From Candidatus Heimdallarchaeota archaeon (lineage in GTDB: Archaea; Asgardarchaeota; Wukongarchaeia; Wukongarchaeales; JBHIFL01): DNA of 64,000 nt. Each line of letters starts with the position of its first letter. Position 1 is the first letter of the stretch. The notes beneath the pieces were generated by a model. The model was not told the origin of the DNA and did not search any database. It saw only the letters and a program-made list of their open reading frames with translations. The DNA is taken from positions 1-64,000 of the forward strand of contig JBHIFL010000007.1 of NCBI GenBank assembly GCA_046761065.1, in the 5' to 3' direction. Position numbers and translations under genes: made by a program. This document shows positions 9,877 through 20,738 of the stretch, in pieces.

Positions 9877-11337
9877 TTATTGTAAACGAATACCTATAAT
9901 TTCCTCTGGCAACGCAAATTCTGGTGTCTCTGTAATACCCTCTGTATCAAGAAGCTCCTCTGCCAACTCTTCTAACAATTCTTCTCGTTGTTTTTCCGTG
10001 ATTTTCAACATAAATTTTCGAATTTTCAGATGAAACGCTTCGAGTTCAATTTCAGTGAGATCGGTTAGATTTTTCCATGAGCATGTAGCATTTGCTAGAA
10101 ACTCCTCGATTTCAAGGAACTTTTGAAGCATGAATGCCATAATTTGCTTACGCATCACCAATAAGAACAGAATCACTGTTGTTTGAAGACGAGAATCTTG
10201 CTGGATTTCTTCTGGGTACCCTTTAATCGTACGATAAAACCCTAAACATAAAAAATCACTGCCTGGAATCTCAATTGTTCCCGCATATTGTGTGAGTTTC
10301 TGGTCACGATAATTGATACCAGACATCAAGACGGTGAAACCGCGATATGTGAGATTAAACACTTCTCCTTCGTTTAATAGAGATTTATTAAAAATCGTTG
10401 TCGGTCCTGCGGCTCCTGCATAGGTCGCCACCAAACCGATCTCACCTGCCAACTTCTCATCCAGTAGTTTCCGTAACTCCAAATATTCTTTCGTTCGCAC
10501 AAGTGTATTATGAAGCGTTGCGACTTGTTTCCGCTCAGAAATGTCACGTGTAATGCCTAAAATTCCAAACGGCTGGCCATCGTCCCGGAGAAAAGTCATT
10601 TTAACCTCGGTCCAGATAGTGGAACCATCCTTCCGGTATTGTTCTAACTCTAGCGTTCGTGTTCTCGATATGTCCTTTTGTTTCATGTTTTCTATAGCCA
10701 TTTCTTCTGCAAACGCTTTCTTGGCAATCTTAAGAGATGTTGGAGTCAGAATGTCTTCCAATCTTTGGGCCATGGCTTCTTCCACACTGTACCCACGTAA
10801 CCGTGTGACAGTGGGGCTAATATAGGTATATTGTAAGTTTAAGTCCATAGTCCAGATAATATCGGTCACATTTTCAACAAGAAGTCGGTAGCGAGTCTCA
10901 CTCTCCTGCAATGCTTCCTCCGCCTGTTTATGTTTAGTTATATCATCTATGACCCAGATCAGGCCTGTCACTTTCTCCTCTTCAATTAACGGATGAATTT
11001 CTGTTTCAAAGTACCTCTTCGCCCCTGGCGGGATTTCATACTTGTGATCGAAGGCGCAGGAGCTCCGACTTTCGAGTACCGCTGCCGCTTTTTCTCGAAG
11101 CTCAGCTTCTGATGGAAATCTAAGGATAGTGAATAGGTCTCTTCCTATAATGTCATCTTCCACGATCTTGAAGAGTTTTCGGACGGCTCTATTATAACTG
11201 ATAATGATGTATCGCGTATCAGTGATGATGATGGCATCCGTGATGCTATCTAAGATGGCAGTGTTTAATGATGACAACTGGATTAGTCTTTCTTTGGCTT
11301 CCTCAAACAAATTCTTGTACATATCTCCTGAAATCAT
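9877..11337 (-). CDS. Double PAS domain protein with non-kinase C-terminal domain
   Basis: PAS1 (ILDSITDAIIITD..DDITKHK) and PAS2 (ESETRYRLLVEN..RKDGSTIW..RDISERK). No HisKA/HATPase motifs; acidic tail. Confidence 0.85.
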   Translation of the reverse strand: MISGDMYKNLFEEAKERLIQLSSLNTAILDSITDAIIITDTRYIIISYNRAVRKLFKIVEDDIIGRDLFTILRFPSEAELREKAAAVLESRSSCAFDHKYEIPPGAKRYFETEIHPLIEEEKVTGLIWVIDDITKHKQAEEALQESETRYRLLVENVTDIIWTMDLNLQYTYISPTVTRLRGYSVEEAMAQRLEDILTPTSLKIAKKAFAEEMAIENMKQKDISRTRTLELEQYRKDGSTIWTEVKMTFLRDDGQPFGILGITRDISERKQVATLHNTLVRTKEYLELRKLLDEKLAGEIGLVATYAGAAGPTTIFNKSLLNEGEVFNLTYRGFTVLMSGINYRDQKLTQYAGTIEIPGSDFLCLGFYRTIKGYPEEIQQDSRLQTTVILFLLVMRKQIMAFMLQKFLEIEEFLANATCSWKNLTDLTEIELEAFHLKIRKFMLKITEKQREELLEELAEELLDTEGITETPEFALPEEIIGIRLQ

Positions 11338-11674
11338 TAGATTTTCCTCACCTGCAAGATTCTAGAAACTTATATCCAACCTATCACTTTTCTTTTTAGA
11401 TCATTATATTCTGATAAATTATTCAGCCGAATAAGCACTCATAATTTATGGTTCCCAGATATTTGGTGGTTTTGTCAAAATTGTGCGACAAAAACTGTGC
11501 AATATACATTATGACCCAAATAATCAGGTATCAAAATTTCATTTGCCAACGATGTAAGTTCAACCAATCAGCTAAACAAGTATCTCATATAAACGATTTG
11601 AACCAAAAGAAGGTAAGTGATGAAACCCGATAATAAACAATAAACGATTTGATCCGCCTTATGTAAGGTTGGAG

Positions 11675-13015
11675 ATGTACATGTTACCAGATGACGACAA
11701 TATAAGAAAAGAAGCCACAACAATATTACGTGATCTGATCCAAATAAATACTACGAATCCCCCTGGCAATGAAACTAAAGCAGCTCAATATTTATTTGAT
11801 TTTTTTTCTCAAGAAGATTTCGAACCCGAAATTTTGGAATCTGCTGAAGAACGCGGAAACCTTCTTGTGCGGCTTCCTGGTGAGGACAGTCAATCTCTTC
11901 TCTTCCTCAGCCATCTGGATGTAGTTCCAGCTAGCCTGGAAGGCTGGGATCTTGACCCTTGGAAGGGAGAAATAAAAGACGGGTTCATTTATGGGCGAGG
12001 TGCACTGGATTGTAAGAGCTTAGTCGCAATCGAAGCGTTAACCCTTGTACTTTTAAAACGGGAAGGTTTCCGTCCGAAAGGCGATCTCATCTTCGCCGCC
12101 GTGGCAGATGAAGAGAAAGGTGGAAAATTAGGGGCAGGATGGCTCGTTAAAAATCATCCAGATAAGGTTCGAGCCGCATTTGTGATCAACGAGGGGGGTG
12201 GGATTGGCGTCCCTATGAAAGGAACGAATAAATACCTAATTCAAGTGGCAGAAAAGGGCGTTTATTGGACCAAAATCCGAACAAAAGGAACTCCGGGCCA
12301 TGCCTCCATGCCAACAGTCGGGGAAAATGCATTACTCGCGATGGCGGCAGTGGTTGAAAAATTAGGTAAGCACCGGACTGCTATTGAAATTCAGGAGGTC
12401 GTGAGAGAGATGATTTTCAAATTAGCTGGAAAAGGATTGGGAAGCCGATTACTTTTAATGCCTTTTTTGACTGATCGCCTGTTGAATCGCCTAAAAACGA
12501 CCAAGCCGGAAATGTCTGAACTATTCCGTGCCCTCGTAAGAATTACTATTGCCCCAACAATGTTTCACGCTGGTGTGAAAGAGAATATCATCCCTGATAC
12601 GGCGGAGGCTATTCTCGACTGCAGACTGCTTCCAGGTCAAGACTTTGAGGACCTTAAGGCTGAATTCGTGAAAGCCCTAGGTGACCTGTCCCAACTTGAA
12701 ATTGAACTTATCACACAGGACCCAGGGACGGTTTCCCCACACGACTCCGAGCTTTTCGCCGCGATCGAGCGGCAAATCGCAGCTGCCGATCCAAGCGCAA
12801 CTTGTGTGCCCTTTATGGTTAGTGGGGGGACAGACAGTAGATTCTTCCGGAAAGCCTTTGGGTCGGTGGCCTACGGTTTCCAACCCGTACAACCGGATAT
12901 CCCTTTGTCCGAGCTTATCAAGTTGGCTCATGGACGAAATGAACGAATCAGCCAAGAGAACCTAGTTTTCGGTACGAAAATTTTGTATCACCTGACGAAA
13001 GACCTCCTATCGTGA
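11675..13015 (+). CDS. M20/M25/M40 family metallopeptidase (ArgE/DapE/Acy1-like)
   Basis: TTNPPGNE, SHLDVVP, GRGALDCK, ADEEKGG, NEGG, GHAS, GGTDSR, HGRNERI. ATG at 11675 or 11681. Confidence 0.93.
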   Translation: MYMLPDDDNIRKEATTILRDLIQINTTNPPGNETKAAQYLFDFFSQEDFEPEILESAEERGNLLVRLPGEDSQSLLFLSHLDVVPASLEGWDLDPWKGEIKDGFIYGRGALDCKSLVAIEALTLVLLKREGFRPKGDLIFAAVADEEKGGKLGAGWLVKNHPDKVRAAFVINEGGGIGVPMKGTNKYLIQVAEKGVYWTKIRTKGTPGHASMPTVGENALLAMAAVVEKLGKHRTAIEIQEVVREMIFKLAGKGLGSRLLLMPFLTDRLLNRLKTTKPEMSELFRALVRITIAPTMFHAGVKENIIPDTAEAILDCRLLPGQDFEDLKAEFVKALGDLSQLEIELITQDPGTVSPHDSELFAAIERQIAAADPSATCVPFMVSGGTDSRFFRKAFGSVAYGFQPVQPDIPLSELIKLAHGRNERISQENLVFGTKILYHLTKDLLS

Positions 13016-13074
13016 TGTTATCCTCTGGACTACGTCCTCGAAGGGAAAGAAAAAAGGGGAATTGACCTCCGGCC

Positions 13075-14727
13075 TCAGATGTACTTGAGCAGTGAATCCG
13101 GATGGCTCTTCTTAAGCTTTTCATACCAGTTACATAATCGCCAGAGGATAACTAGTCCGACAACCCAGAAGATCGCAGTCCCCATCAAATTCATCTGGAA
13201 GGTAGTCGGCCGGTTGAACCAGCCAACCCAGAGCCTGTAGAGCCAGATATGTATGCAATAGAAGAAAAGAGGAACCTTCCCGAAGGTGAGGGTGACTCCT
13301 GTGATGCCCCAAGTGAAGTCGGAGCGGTTCTGGAGGATTAGGCCGAGGGCAAGGAAGAAACACATGCCCCCGAGGGTCCATAACAGGAAAGTGATACTAG
13401 GTGGGTATTTTGCCATGAACAACCAGTCCTGAATCGTGTTATCTGTGTTTCCTAGCCGTGGAAGTCTATTCCCATAACCATTTAATAATCGCGTTACAAA
13501 CCAGAGCACTAGAGCGGCTCCTCCGATAGTTGAAATGGGAAGGATCAACCGCTTGATTTGTTCTTTATCGTATGAGGTAAGAAAGATGCCAAAACACCAA
13601 CCAAGCCCCATTACACCTATCCATGGGATGAGTGGATATAGGCCAACATACGGCCACAATTCGAAGTTTGGTTGGTAGAGAATAACCTTGAGGTACCAGC
13701 GAAATTCTGTACTGAGTCTTGTTGGTAAAAGCCAGTTAAGGTCGATGAATGGTTGGCTTATGATGATTAAAATGGAGAACACTAAGATAGCAATGGGAGG
13801 GATGCGGCGGAGGACGCTGAATATGATGAGGGAGATGCCGATACAGGCAAGGACCCCGAAATACAAGTACGGAGTGACGAGGTTGGGAGGCAGGTTATAG
13901 AAGAAGGCGGGGGCGATAACAAAAGCCTCTAGTAAGAGGAGCACCATGCCTCGTTTGACTATCCGAAGGGTGATGTCCCTCTGGGACTCGCCTTGGGCAA
14001 GCCTTCTAACCGTGGAGAGAGCTAATGCGGTTCCTGCAAGGAAGATGAAGGTTGGTGCGCACCAATGTGTAATGAACCGGAGGAGAAACTGGGTGAAATC
14101 GGGAAATTCAGGCCGGTATAATGTTGCGACTCCATTTGGAAACGTCAACAAGCCCTCACTCCCCCGGCGTCCGGGGTTCCAGAAAACGGAAACGTGATCC
14201 CATGCCATGAAAATCATGACGATACCGCGGGCAAAATCGATGAAGGGAAGCCGAGCCTGCGCAGGGTTCTGCATTGAGTTCTGATCGGGTTTGCCGATGG
14301 CTTTGACATTAAAAATTGCTTTGACATGGGACCTGGTTAGATAGAAGATTATTACAATGTAGTTAGCGATATAGGTAATTATAATCAAGATTGCTCCTAA
14401 GAAGCTATCCTCGACTGTTAAATCCAATAATTCGATAATTAGCACTGGGATATTGATCCATAACACAATGATGCCGATTAATGCCAGAATTATGCACAGC
14501 CACCACGCCCAGTTCCTTCTCATCCATAATCCATACGTAAGGAGAAAGCTCCCCACCACGGAGGCAGGAATGATGAGTTGAGTAAAAATTACATTTACAA
14601 AAGAATCCCATGATTGGATCATTACTAATAATAATATTAGAAGCGTCAAAATCCCTGTGAGAAGGTTGTACCCCACTAGGAGAGTTAACCCCAGAGGTCT
14701 TGCTTGTTTTTCTGAAATAATATTCAT
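13075..14727 (-). CDS. DUF1624 (HGSNAT-like acyltransferase) membrane protein with extra N-terminal multi-TM module
   Basis: RLPFIDFARGIVMIFMAWDH, RFITHWCAPTFIFLAG, YPLIPWIGVM, KYPPS, GKVPLFFY..H. The first ~140 aa form a separate hydrophobic module. Confidence 0.8.
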   Translation of the reverse strand: MNIISEKQARPLGLTLLVGYNLLTGILTLLILLLVMIQSWDSFVNVIFTQLIIPASVVGSFLLTYGLWMRRNWAWWLCIILALIGIIVLWINIPVLIIELLDLTVEDSFLGAILIIITYIANYIVIIFYLTRSHVKAIFNVKAIGKPDQNSMQNPAQARLPFIDFARGIVMIFMAWDHVSVFWNPGRRGSEGLLTFPNGVATLYRPEFPDFTQFLLRFITHWCAPTFIFLAGTALALSTVRRLAQGESQRDITLRIVKRGMVLLLLEAFVIAPAFFYNLPPNLVTPYLYFGVLACIGISLIIFSVLRRIPPIAILVFSILIIISQPFIDLNWLLPTRLSTEFRWYLKVILYQPNFELWPYVGLYPLIPWIGVMGLGWCFGIFLTSYDKEQIKRLILPISTIGGAALVLWFVTRLLNGYGNRLPRLGNTDNTIQDWLFMAKYPPSITFLLWTLGGMCFFLALGLILQNRSDFTWGITGVTLTFGKVPLFFYCIHIWLYRLWVGWFNRPTTFQMNLMGTAIFWVVGLVILWRLCNWYEKLKKSHPDSLLKYI

Positions 14728-15144
14728 TATACAACTTCCTTGAGCTAAGTAGCAGAGAGTAGAAAAAATTTAATGTTTTAAACTTTTAAGGCACCAAGAA
14801 TGTTTACGTATTCATCGACAACGATGTTAACCATGATTGCAAATTTTGTATTTAAGATAATCTTAGGGCAAGATTTTCAACCTTGTGCATTTTGTGTGTT
14901 TAATTGGATATTTATTTAGCTTCTGTCTAGCTAAGATATGTGAACAATTTATCTTTTACACTCTATTTAAGTTTTATAATCTTATTTTCAGAAACCAAGG
15001 CATTTTCATGACACATAAAATGATCTGACCATGTAATACTCGATAAGTCACCTAATTAGGATTTTTCTTGGATATCTTAGGAAAAGACGGTACATTTAAA
15101 TAGCAAGATTGAGCTGGCACTCGTTTAGATATTGCTAGGAGAGT

Positions 15145-16092
15145 ATGATTTTGGTGTCGCAGATAATCATTGATGCGTTAATTTATTCGAACTTAATACT
15201 TATACTGTCAATAGGCTTCACATTAACATATATGACTGCGAGAATTCCCAATTTTTCCCACGGGACTCTAGCCGCTGTTGGCTGTTATGTGACCTTCCAT
15301 ATGCGCTATGTCTTGCACTTCAACCCTTATCTCGCAGTACCAGTGGCTACCGGTCTGATTGCCGGTCTCTTGCTTGTATTATACCTGCTTGTTGTTCGCA
15401 ATTTAGTCCGGATGGGCGCAACCGTCATCGCCCTGACAATATCTACTATCGCGCTTGAGATCATCATCTACGCTGTGCTAAACATCTACGTTGAAGACAT
15501 CAGCGAGAGAGCCGATGTATTTGCGAGATACTTCGTCTTAAGGGGAGCCGATTTTTCGTTGATGAACTTGCCAGGAATCTTGATCGTCTCTACATTGCTA
15601 AGCATATTTCTTATCGTTGGGCTTCATCTTCTATTGACCCAGACCAAGTTCGGAATCAGTATGAGAGCAACTGTCGAAAATCCCGAACTTGCTGAAATTA
15701 TGGGTATTAATACTGAATTCATTATAGCGATTTCATGGCTGCTTACGGGAGCACTTGCTGGACTTGCTGGAAGTTTACTGCCTATGTGGTTACAAGCAAC
15801 GCCGCTGACAGGTTTTTATGTATTAATTAGCGTATTCGCAGCTTCCATTTTAGGTGGAATCAGAAATATTTACGGAGCAATAGTCGGTGCTATGATTGTC
15901 GGGTTGACGGAGGTTTTTGGAACGGTTATACTAGGTCGCCTGTTTGGTCCCGCTCTGGCAGCATACCGTTTATTGATCCCCCTCACTATTATGGTAGTCA
16001 TATTAATGTTTATACCCACTGGAATAACTGGATTAATCGAAGAATACCAAAGCGCTAGACTAGCGAGAGAGGTGGATGAAGCCGTTGCCTAA
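15145..16092 (+). CDS. livH: Branched-chain amino acid ABC transporter permease
   Basis: GFTLTY..PNFSHG, TKFGISMRATVENPELAEIMGIN, ILGG..GAIVGA. Confidence 0.92.
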   Translation: MILVSQIIIDALIYSNLILILSIGFTLTYMTARIPNFSHGTLAAVGCYVTFHMRYVLHFNPYLAVPVATGLIAGLLLVLYLLVVRNLVRMGATVIALTISTIALEIIIYAVLNIYVEDISERADVFARYFVLRGADFSLMNLPGILIVSTLLSIFLIVGLHLLLTQTKFGISMRATVENPELAEIMGINTEFIIAISWLLTGALAGLAGSLLPMWLQATPLTGFYVLISVFAASILGGIRNIYGAIVGAMIVGLTEVFGTVILGRLFGPALAAYRLLIPLTIMVVILMFIPTGITGLIEEYQSARLAREVDEAVA

Positions 16093-17323
16093 CATCATAT
16101 CTCATTTATCTGACAGCGTATCTAACTTCATAAAATGGTTAAGAGAGGATAAGCGTAACGTGATCTATGTGATTCTATTGTTGGTGTTAGTTTACTTAAT
16201 GCGTCCATATATTTTTTGTCGACAATGTATTATGGAATTGCTCGCCTTCTTTTCGATCTACTTCATTATATCTGTGAGTTTGAACCTCCAATACGGGTAT
16301 GCTGGTGTCCCAAACTTTGGCATGGTGCTTCCAGTAGCTGGGGGGGCTTATGTGACCGGAGCTATCGCAGGAAGAATTGCGATGTGGTATTATGGCCCTT
16401 TTATAGACCCTGACACCGGAGAACTGGTGGTTGACCCAATTAGCGGGAAGCCATTGGACTTCATTGATAATAATAACCTCGTCACAAGCTTGGTTAACAA
16501 ATCCTTAGCTAATGATCCTATTGGTGGTATTATGATCTTTTTAATAACAATGACCATTGCTATTCTCGTTGCATTCGTTTTAGGGTATGTCGCATCACGT
16601 CCTGCAATAAGATTAAGGGCTGATTATCTTATCATCGTTTTGATCACGATGGGAGAAGCCATACGAATAATTGGAACGAACTATCCCCGACTAGTGGGGG
16701 GGACCCTTTGGGTTAGTGTTCCTGATATCTTCTTGTGGGTGGGAGATCGACGTTCCTATATCTATGTGTTCCTGTTGGTCGGGACCGGGTTACTTGTATG
16801 GATGATGGTCCAAAGAATGATCTCTTCCCCCTATGGAAGAATGTTGAAGGCTGTCAGGGAAAATGAGATGACAGCAGAGACTATGGGCAAGGATGTTGTC
16901 GCAATTAAGACGTTAATACTCGTAGTGGGATCCGGTATCGCTGGCATAGCTGGTGTGCTGTGGAGTTTTTATTCGAAGGTTGTGATTGCCGCAGCGTTTC
17001 TTCGCGCAGATTACACCTTTTGGCCGTGGCTTATGATCATGATCGGAGGATTAGGAAACAATCGCGGGGCGGCAGCAGGAGCTGGTAGTGTTATAGTCTT
17101 CAGGAGGCTCCTTTATTTCTATAAACATAATATTGCTAGGTTCTTCCCGTTCTCAGTTATATATCTTGAGCAATTATTGCTGGGGATTGCCTTGCTCCTC
17201 TTCATAATGTTCAGACCTCAAGGCCTAATCCCTGAAGAGACAATACATATGAGAGGAATAGACCCGAAAGAATATGAGGAGATACATACCCGTGCGAGAA
17301 GCAAGGCCAAAGCTGAGACTTGA
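16076..17323 (+). CDS. livM: Branched-chain amino acid ABC transporter permease
   Basis: SLNLQYGYAG.PNFG, RLRADYL, SPYGRMLKAVRENE, IGGLGN, FRPQGL; overlaps the livH stop. Confidence 0.92.
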   Translation: MKPLPNIISHLSDSVSNFIKWLREDKRNVIYVILLLVLVYLMRPYIFCRQCIMELLAFFSIYFIISVSLNLQYGYAGVPNFGMVLPVAGGAYVTGAIAGRIAMWYYGPFIDPDTGELVVDPISGKPLDFIDNNNLVTSLVNKSLANDPIGGIMIFLITMTIAILVAFVLGYVASRPAIRLRADYLIIVLITMGEAIRIIGTNYPRLVGGTLWVSVPDIFLWVGDRRSYIYVFLLVGTGLLVWMMVQRMISSPYGRMLKAVRENEMTAETMGKDVVAIKTLILVVGSGIAGIAGVLWSFYSKVVIAAAFLRADYTFWPWLMIMIGGLGNNRGAAAGAGSVIVFRRLLYFYKHNIARFFPFSVIYLEQLLLGIALLLFIMFRPQGLIPEETIHMRGIDPKEYEEIHTRARSKAKAET

Positions 17324-17416
17324 TTAAAAAAATGAATAAAAAACCTTCTCCCTATTTAGGGACAAAGGCGCTGTTTTCAGGATCATAACATTAACATCTT
17401 TCTTTGCATAGTTATT

Positions 17417-18130
17417 TTATGTAAGCCCTAAATACATGCGGCTGAACTCCTTATGAGCAAGCAACTCTTGGGCATCCCCCTCAAAAATTGCCCGGCCATT
17501 GGCGAGAAGATATGCTTTTGTTCCAATTTCAAGGGCATGCTTCACCGCTTGCTCTACAACGATAAGTGTAAGACCCAAACTATCTTTGAGTTCAACGATC
17601 TTAGACAGTACTTCGAAGGCTACTTTGGGTGCTAGACTGGCTGTCGGCTCATCAAACAAAATTACCTGGGGTTCTCTCAATAGGGACATCGCCATAGCTA
17701 CCATTTGTCGTTCGCCCCCACTAAGCAGCTTTAGCTTTTGATCATAACATTCTTTAACGATAGGGTATAGCTCAGCTACATAGGCAACCCGGTTCTCAAA
17801 TTCCTCCTTACTAAGGGCATGACCTGACATCACCAAGTTTTCACGGACAGACAAGGTGGAGAACACACTTTCTGTCTGAGGTAAGTAAGCAATTCCTTTA
17901 AGAGATCTTTCATGGGCGGGCAAATTGGTGATGTTTTCTTCTCCATACTTAACGAATCCGGAGTAAACACTTGTCAATCCCATTATAGACTTCAATAAGG
18001 TACTCTTGCCCGAACCATTCGGTCCTACAATTACAGTGATGTCCTTCGTTTTTGCTTCAAAATTGATGTCGTAAAGGACTTGAAATTTTCCATACCCGGC
18101 ATTTAAGTCCTTGGTCTGAATCGATGTCAT
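17417..18130 (-). CDS. livF: Branched-chain amino acid ABC transporter ATPase
   Basis: GPNGSGKST, LSGGERQMVAMA, FDEPTASLAP, VVEQ. Confidence 0.93.
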   Translation of the reverse strand: MTSIQTKDLNAGYGKFQVLYDINFEAKTKDITVIVGPNGSGKSTLLKSIMGLTSVYSGFVKYGEENITNLPAHERSLKGIAYLPQTESVFSTLSVRENLVMSGHALSKEEFENRVAYVAELYPIVKECYDQKLKLLSGGERQMVAMAMSLLREPQVILFDEPTASLAPKVAFEVLSKIVELKDSLGLTLIVVEQAVKHALEIGTKAYLLANGRAIFEGDAQELLAHKEFSRMYLGLT

Positions 18131-18133
18131 GTT

Positions 18134-18919
18134 TCATTCCTCTACAAACATTGGTATTTCCGTGTATGCTTCGATTACCTTTGGATCGTTCACCACTTCC
18201 TTAGGTGTGCCCTCACAAGCGATCTTTCCGTCTTCTAGGCAATATGCGTAATCGGCATATTGCACGGCGAGATCCAGCCGGTGTTCCACCACCACCATAG
18301 TCATTCCCAGCTTGTCTCGTAGATTGATCATGTGCTGGAAAAGGAGGTGTGCAAGCACAGGATTAATTGAGCCCACGGGTTCATCCATCAAAATTGTTGT
18401 TGCTCCAGTCATTAAAGCACGTCCTAGTTCTAAGAGTTTGAGTTGTCCGCCACTTAATTCTGTAGCGGGTTTATCCCAGAGGTGATCCAAATTCAATAAA
18501 GTCATCACGTCAAAAGCCCTTTGTGTTGACTCCAACTCCTTATCTAACCAATTAAACTTTAGAAATGACCGGATAATTTTCTCGCCAGGATTATCTTGTA
18601 TACCCAAACATAAATTTTCGAGGACTGTAAGTCTTGGAAATGGTTGAGGGATCTGGAATGTTCGAGCAAGGTATTTAGCAATCTTATGGGGCGGCCATCC
18701 TGTAATATCCTCTCCATGATACAACACCTGGCCTGTTTCAGGTCGGTATATTCCTGTGAGACAGTTCAAAAGGGTGGTCTTACCGCTACCATTCGGACCA
18801 ATAAGCAAGGTAATCTTCCGTTCTGGGAACATTATATCGATATGGTCCACAGCCCGTAGAGCTCCAAAGTACTTTGCAATCCCCCGACCTTCAAGGATCA
18901 CTTCACCCGTTTTAATCAT
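18134..18919 (-). CDS. livG: Branched-chain amino acid ABC transporter ATPase
   Basis: FGALRAVD, GPNGSGKTT, ARTFQIPQPF, LSGGQLKLLELGRAL, VEH, DPKVIEAY. Confidence 0.93.
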   Translation of the reverse strand: MIKTGEVILEGRGIAKYFGALRAVDHIDIMFPERKITLLIGPNGSGKTTLLNCLTGIYRPETGQVLYHGEDITGWPPHKIAKYLARTFQIPQPFPRLTVLENLCLGIQDNPGEKIIRSFLKFNWLDKELESTQRAFDVMTLLNLDHLWDKPATELSGGQLKLLELGRALMTGATTILMDEPVGSINPVLAHLLFQHMINLRDKLGMTMVVVEHRLDLAVQYADYAYCLEDGKIACEGTPKEVVNDPKVIEAYTEIPMFVEE

Positions 18920-19094
18920 TATACCTCACCAATACGCATTTTCAATATAATTTGAAGTGACTCTCTAAAAATATTTCTCTCAATAATAATTCCTTTTCTA
19001 ATTAAGTGACACTCTAAAATTGTATCTGATAAAAAAAAGGGAGGGATTATATTTGAGATTGGATTATGGTTCTAAGCCAAGGAGTAATTGGATA

Positions 19095-20399
19095 TTAGAT
19101 TTCAATGAACCAAGTGGTTTTGTCTGCCATGACGTCATAAAACCCTACAATCTCCCAGCCAATCTCGTTGGGATCGGGGAAGAGTGCTTCAGGGTCTAGA
19201 CTTTCTTCGGGGGAAACTACGGCCCAGATGTCGAAATTGGCTGCAGCTCGATCCCCAGCTTCGTTAAGTTTAGTCCACCCGCTTGCTCCAAAGTACTGAG
19301 CTGCGACCGTTGGCAATATCTGCCTAATCGTTTCCGTGTTGGTACTACTGGCCTCTAAGATCGCCTTACCAAGAAGCCAAAAGGAGTCATACTGGCACGA
19401 CTCATACGTTCCTGGCGGTGCTCCGTATCGCGGTGTGTATTTCGCTGAGAAATCATAGTATTGATCATGGTTTCTCGCAATGCCCATTAATGTACTTATG
19501 TGCCGTACTTTCACTGCCAAAGGACGAATACCTTCCGCTTGTAAAAATTCTGCTGTGTAGGCATGGCCGTCGCTACCGAACCATGGAGTGTTCATTATTT
19601 CTGGATATTCACCAACAGAAGTTTGAAGTGCTGTCGTGTCCACTGTGAATCCGAGATGGAGAACACCGACCTTGTCCGCTCCGTACTGCGCTTTTGCTTC
19701 CTTTAGGTAGCCATCGAGAAGTTCGGCTTCTGCCCCAAATTCGGTTTTTTCTGGGTCGTATCGAATCCGTTGATAGACTGTGAAGCCAAATTCGCCTACC
19801 CATTTCTCTTCAAAATAGCCATAAAGACCATCAGCCCAAGTGTCAGCCCTCTGGGTGACAACGACTGCCTCGATCCCATAGTCACGAATCATACTCGCGA
19901 TTGCGGGACCCTGGCCTACATCTGTGACTGGCATTCGGAAAACAAAATCGTCGGGGATTGCTAAGTCCATGGCAGTAGAGGCCCCACTAACGATGATGAT
20001 TTTCTGTTCATTTGCCTTTTCTATGATTGCTCTGACACTCGAACTCCACCAGAGACCAATTACAAATTTGACACCTCTAGCCATTAGGGTATCGAATTTC
20101 TCTACGACCAAGGCGGTTCGTCCTTCACTAGCTTCAAAAAGCGGCACAAATGTTACGTTGATACCCAGGGTTTGGGCATATGCATTAACTTCCTCAGCAG
20201 CGATCTCAGTCGCTATTCGTTCGCCTTCTGTAATACTCGAAGCGTGGATTACACCAATCTCAATCGTTTGACCTTCCAATGGGTGTTTTGCTACGACCTC
20301 TTCTTCTTGTCCTATACATCCGGACACGAAAAAGATCCCTAGAACAAAGATGCTTACAAGCAGTATCCCTGGAACCATTTTCTTAAATTTTGAGTGCAT
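19095..20399 (-). CDS. Branched-chain amino acid ABC substrate-binding protein (LivK-like, probable lipoprotein)
   Basis: Signal peptide with VSGCIGQ lipobox-like Cys; type I PBP motifs (STA..L..PDDFVFRM, YDS.WL, GASG...NEAGDR); upstream of livG. Confidence 0.88.
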   Translation of the reverse strand: MHSKFKKMVPGILLVSIFVLGIFFVSGCIGQEEEVVAKHPLEGQTIEIGVIHASSITEGERIATEIAAEEVNAYAQTLGINVTFVPLFEASEGRTALVVEKFDTLMARGVKFVIGLWWSSSVRAIIEKANEQKIIIVSGASTAMDLAIPDDFVFRMPVTDVGQGPAIASMIRDYGIEAVVVTQRADTWADGLYGYFEEKWVGEFGFTVYQRIRYDPEKTEFGAEAELLDGYLKEAKAQYGADKVGVLHLGFTVDTTALQTSVGEYPEIMNTPWFGSDGHAYTAEFLQAEGIRPLAVKVRHISTLMGIARNHDQYYDFSAKYTPRYGAPPGTYESCQYDSFWLLGKAILEASSTNTETIRQILPTVAAQYFGASGWTKLNEAGDRAAANFDIWAVVSPEESLDPEALFPDPNEIGWEIVGFYDVMADKTTWFIEI

Positions 20400-20738
20400 A
20401 GTTTTTCCTCCTTATTTGATTAGTCTGATAATTTGATGGGTTAACTTTAAAAAAATTTCGGGTCTGGCTGTGTTAGATAACGTTTTCTGGAAAAATCCAT
20501 TGTCCTTAAGCTTCAGACCCAATAAGTGCCATTTCGAATCCATTCTTTAAAAATAGGTGTAGTATTTAATATTAGAAGTATATGGGTTATGTCGGATCAT
20601 CGAAGAAGATGATAACCTGATTTTTATCACAATTCCACTTTTCAACGATTTTAAACCTTTTATTAACTTTGTTTCGGCAATAACAGTTAAACTCCACTTC
20701 TCATTAGATTAGAAGAGGTATTCCACAGGTGATGCCGA

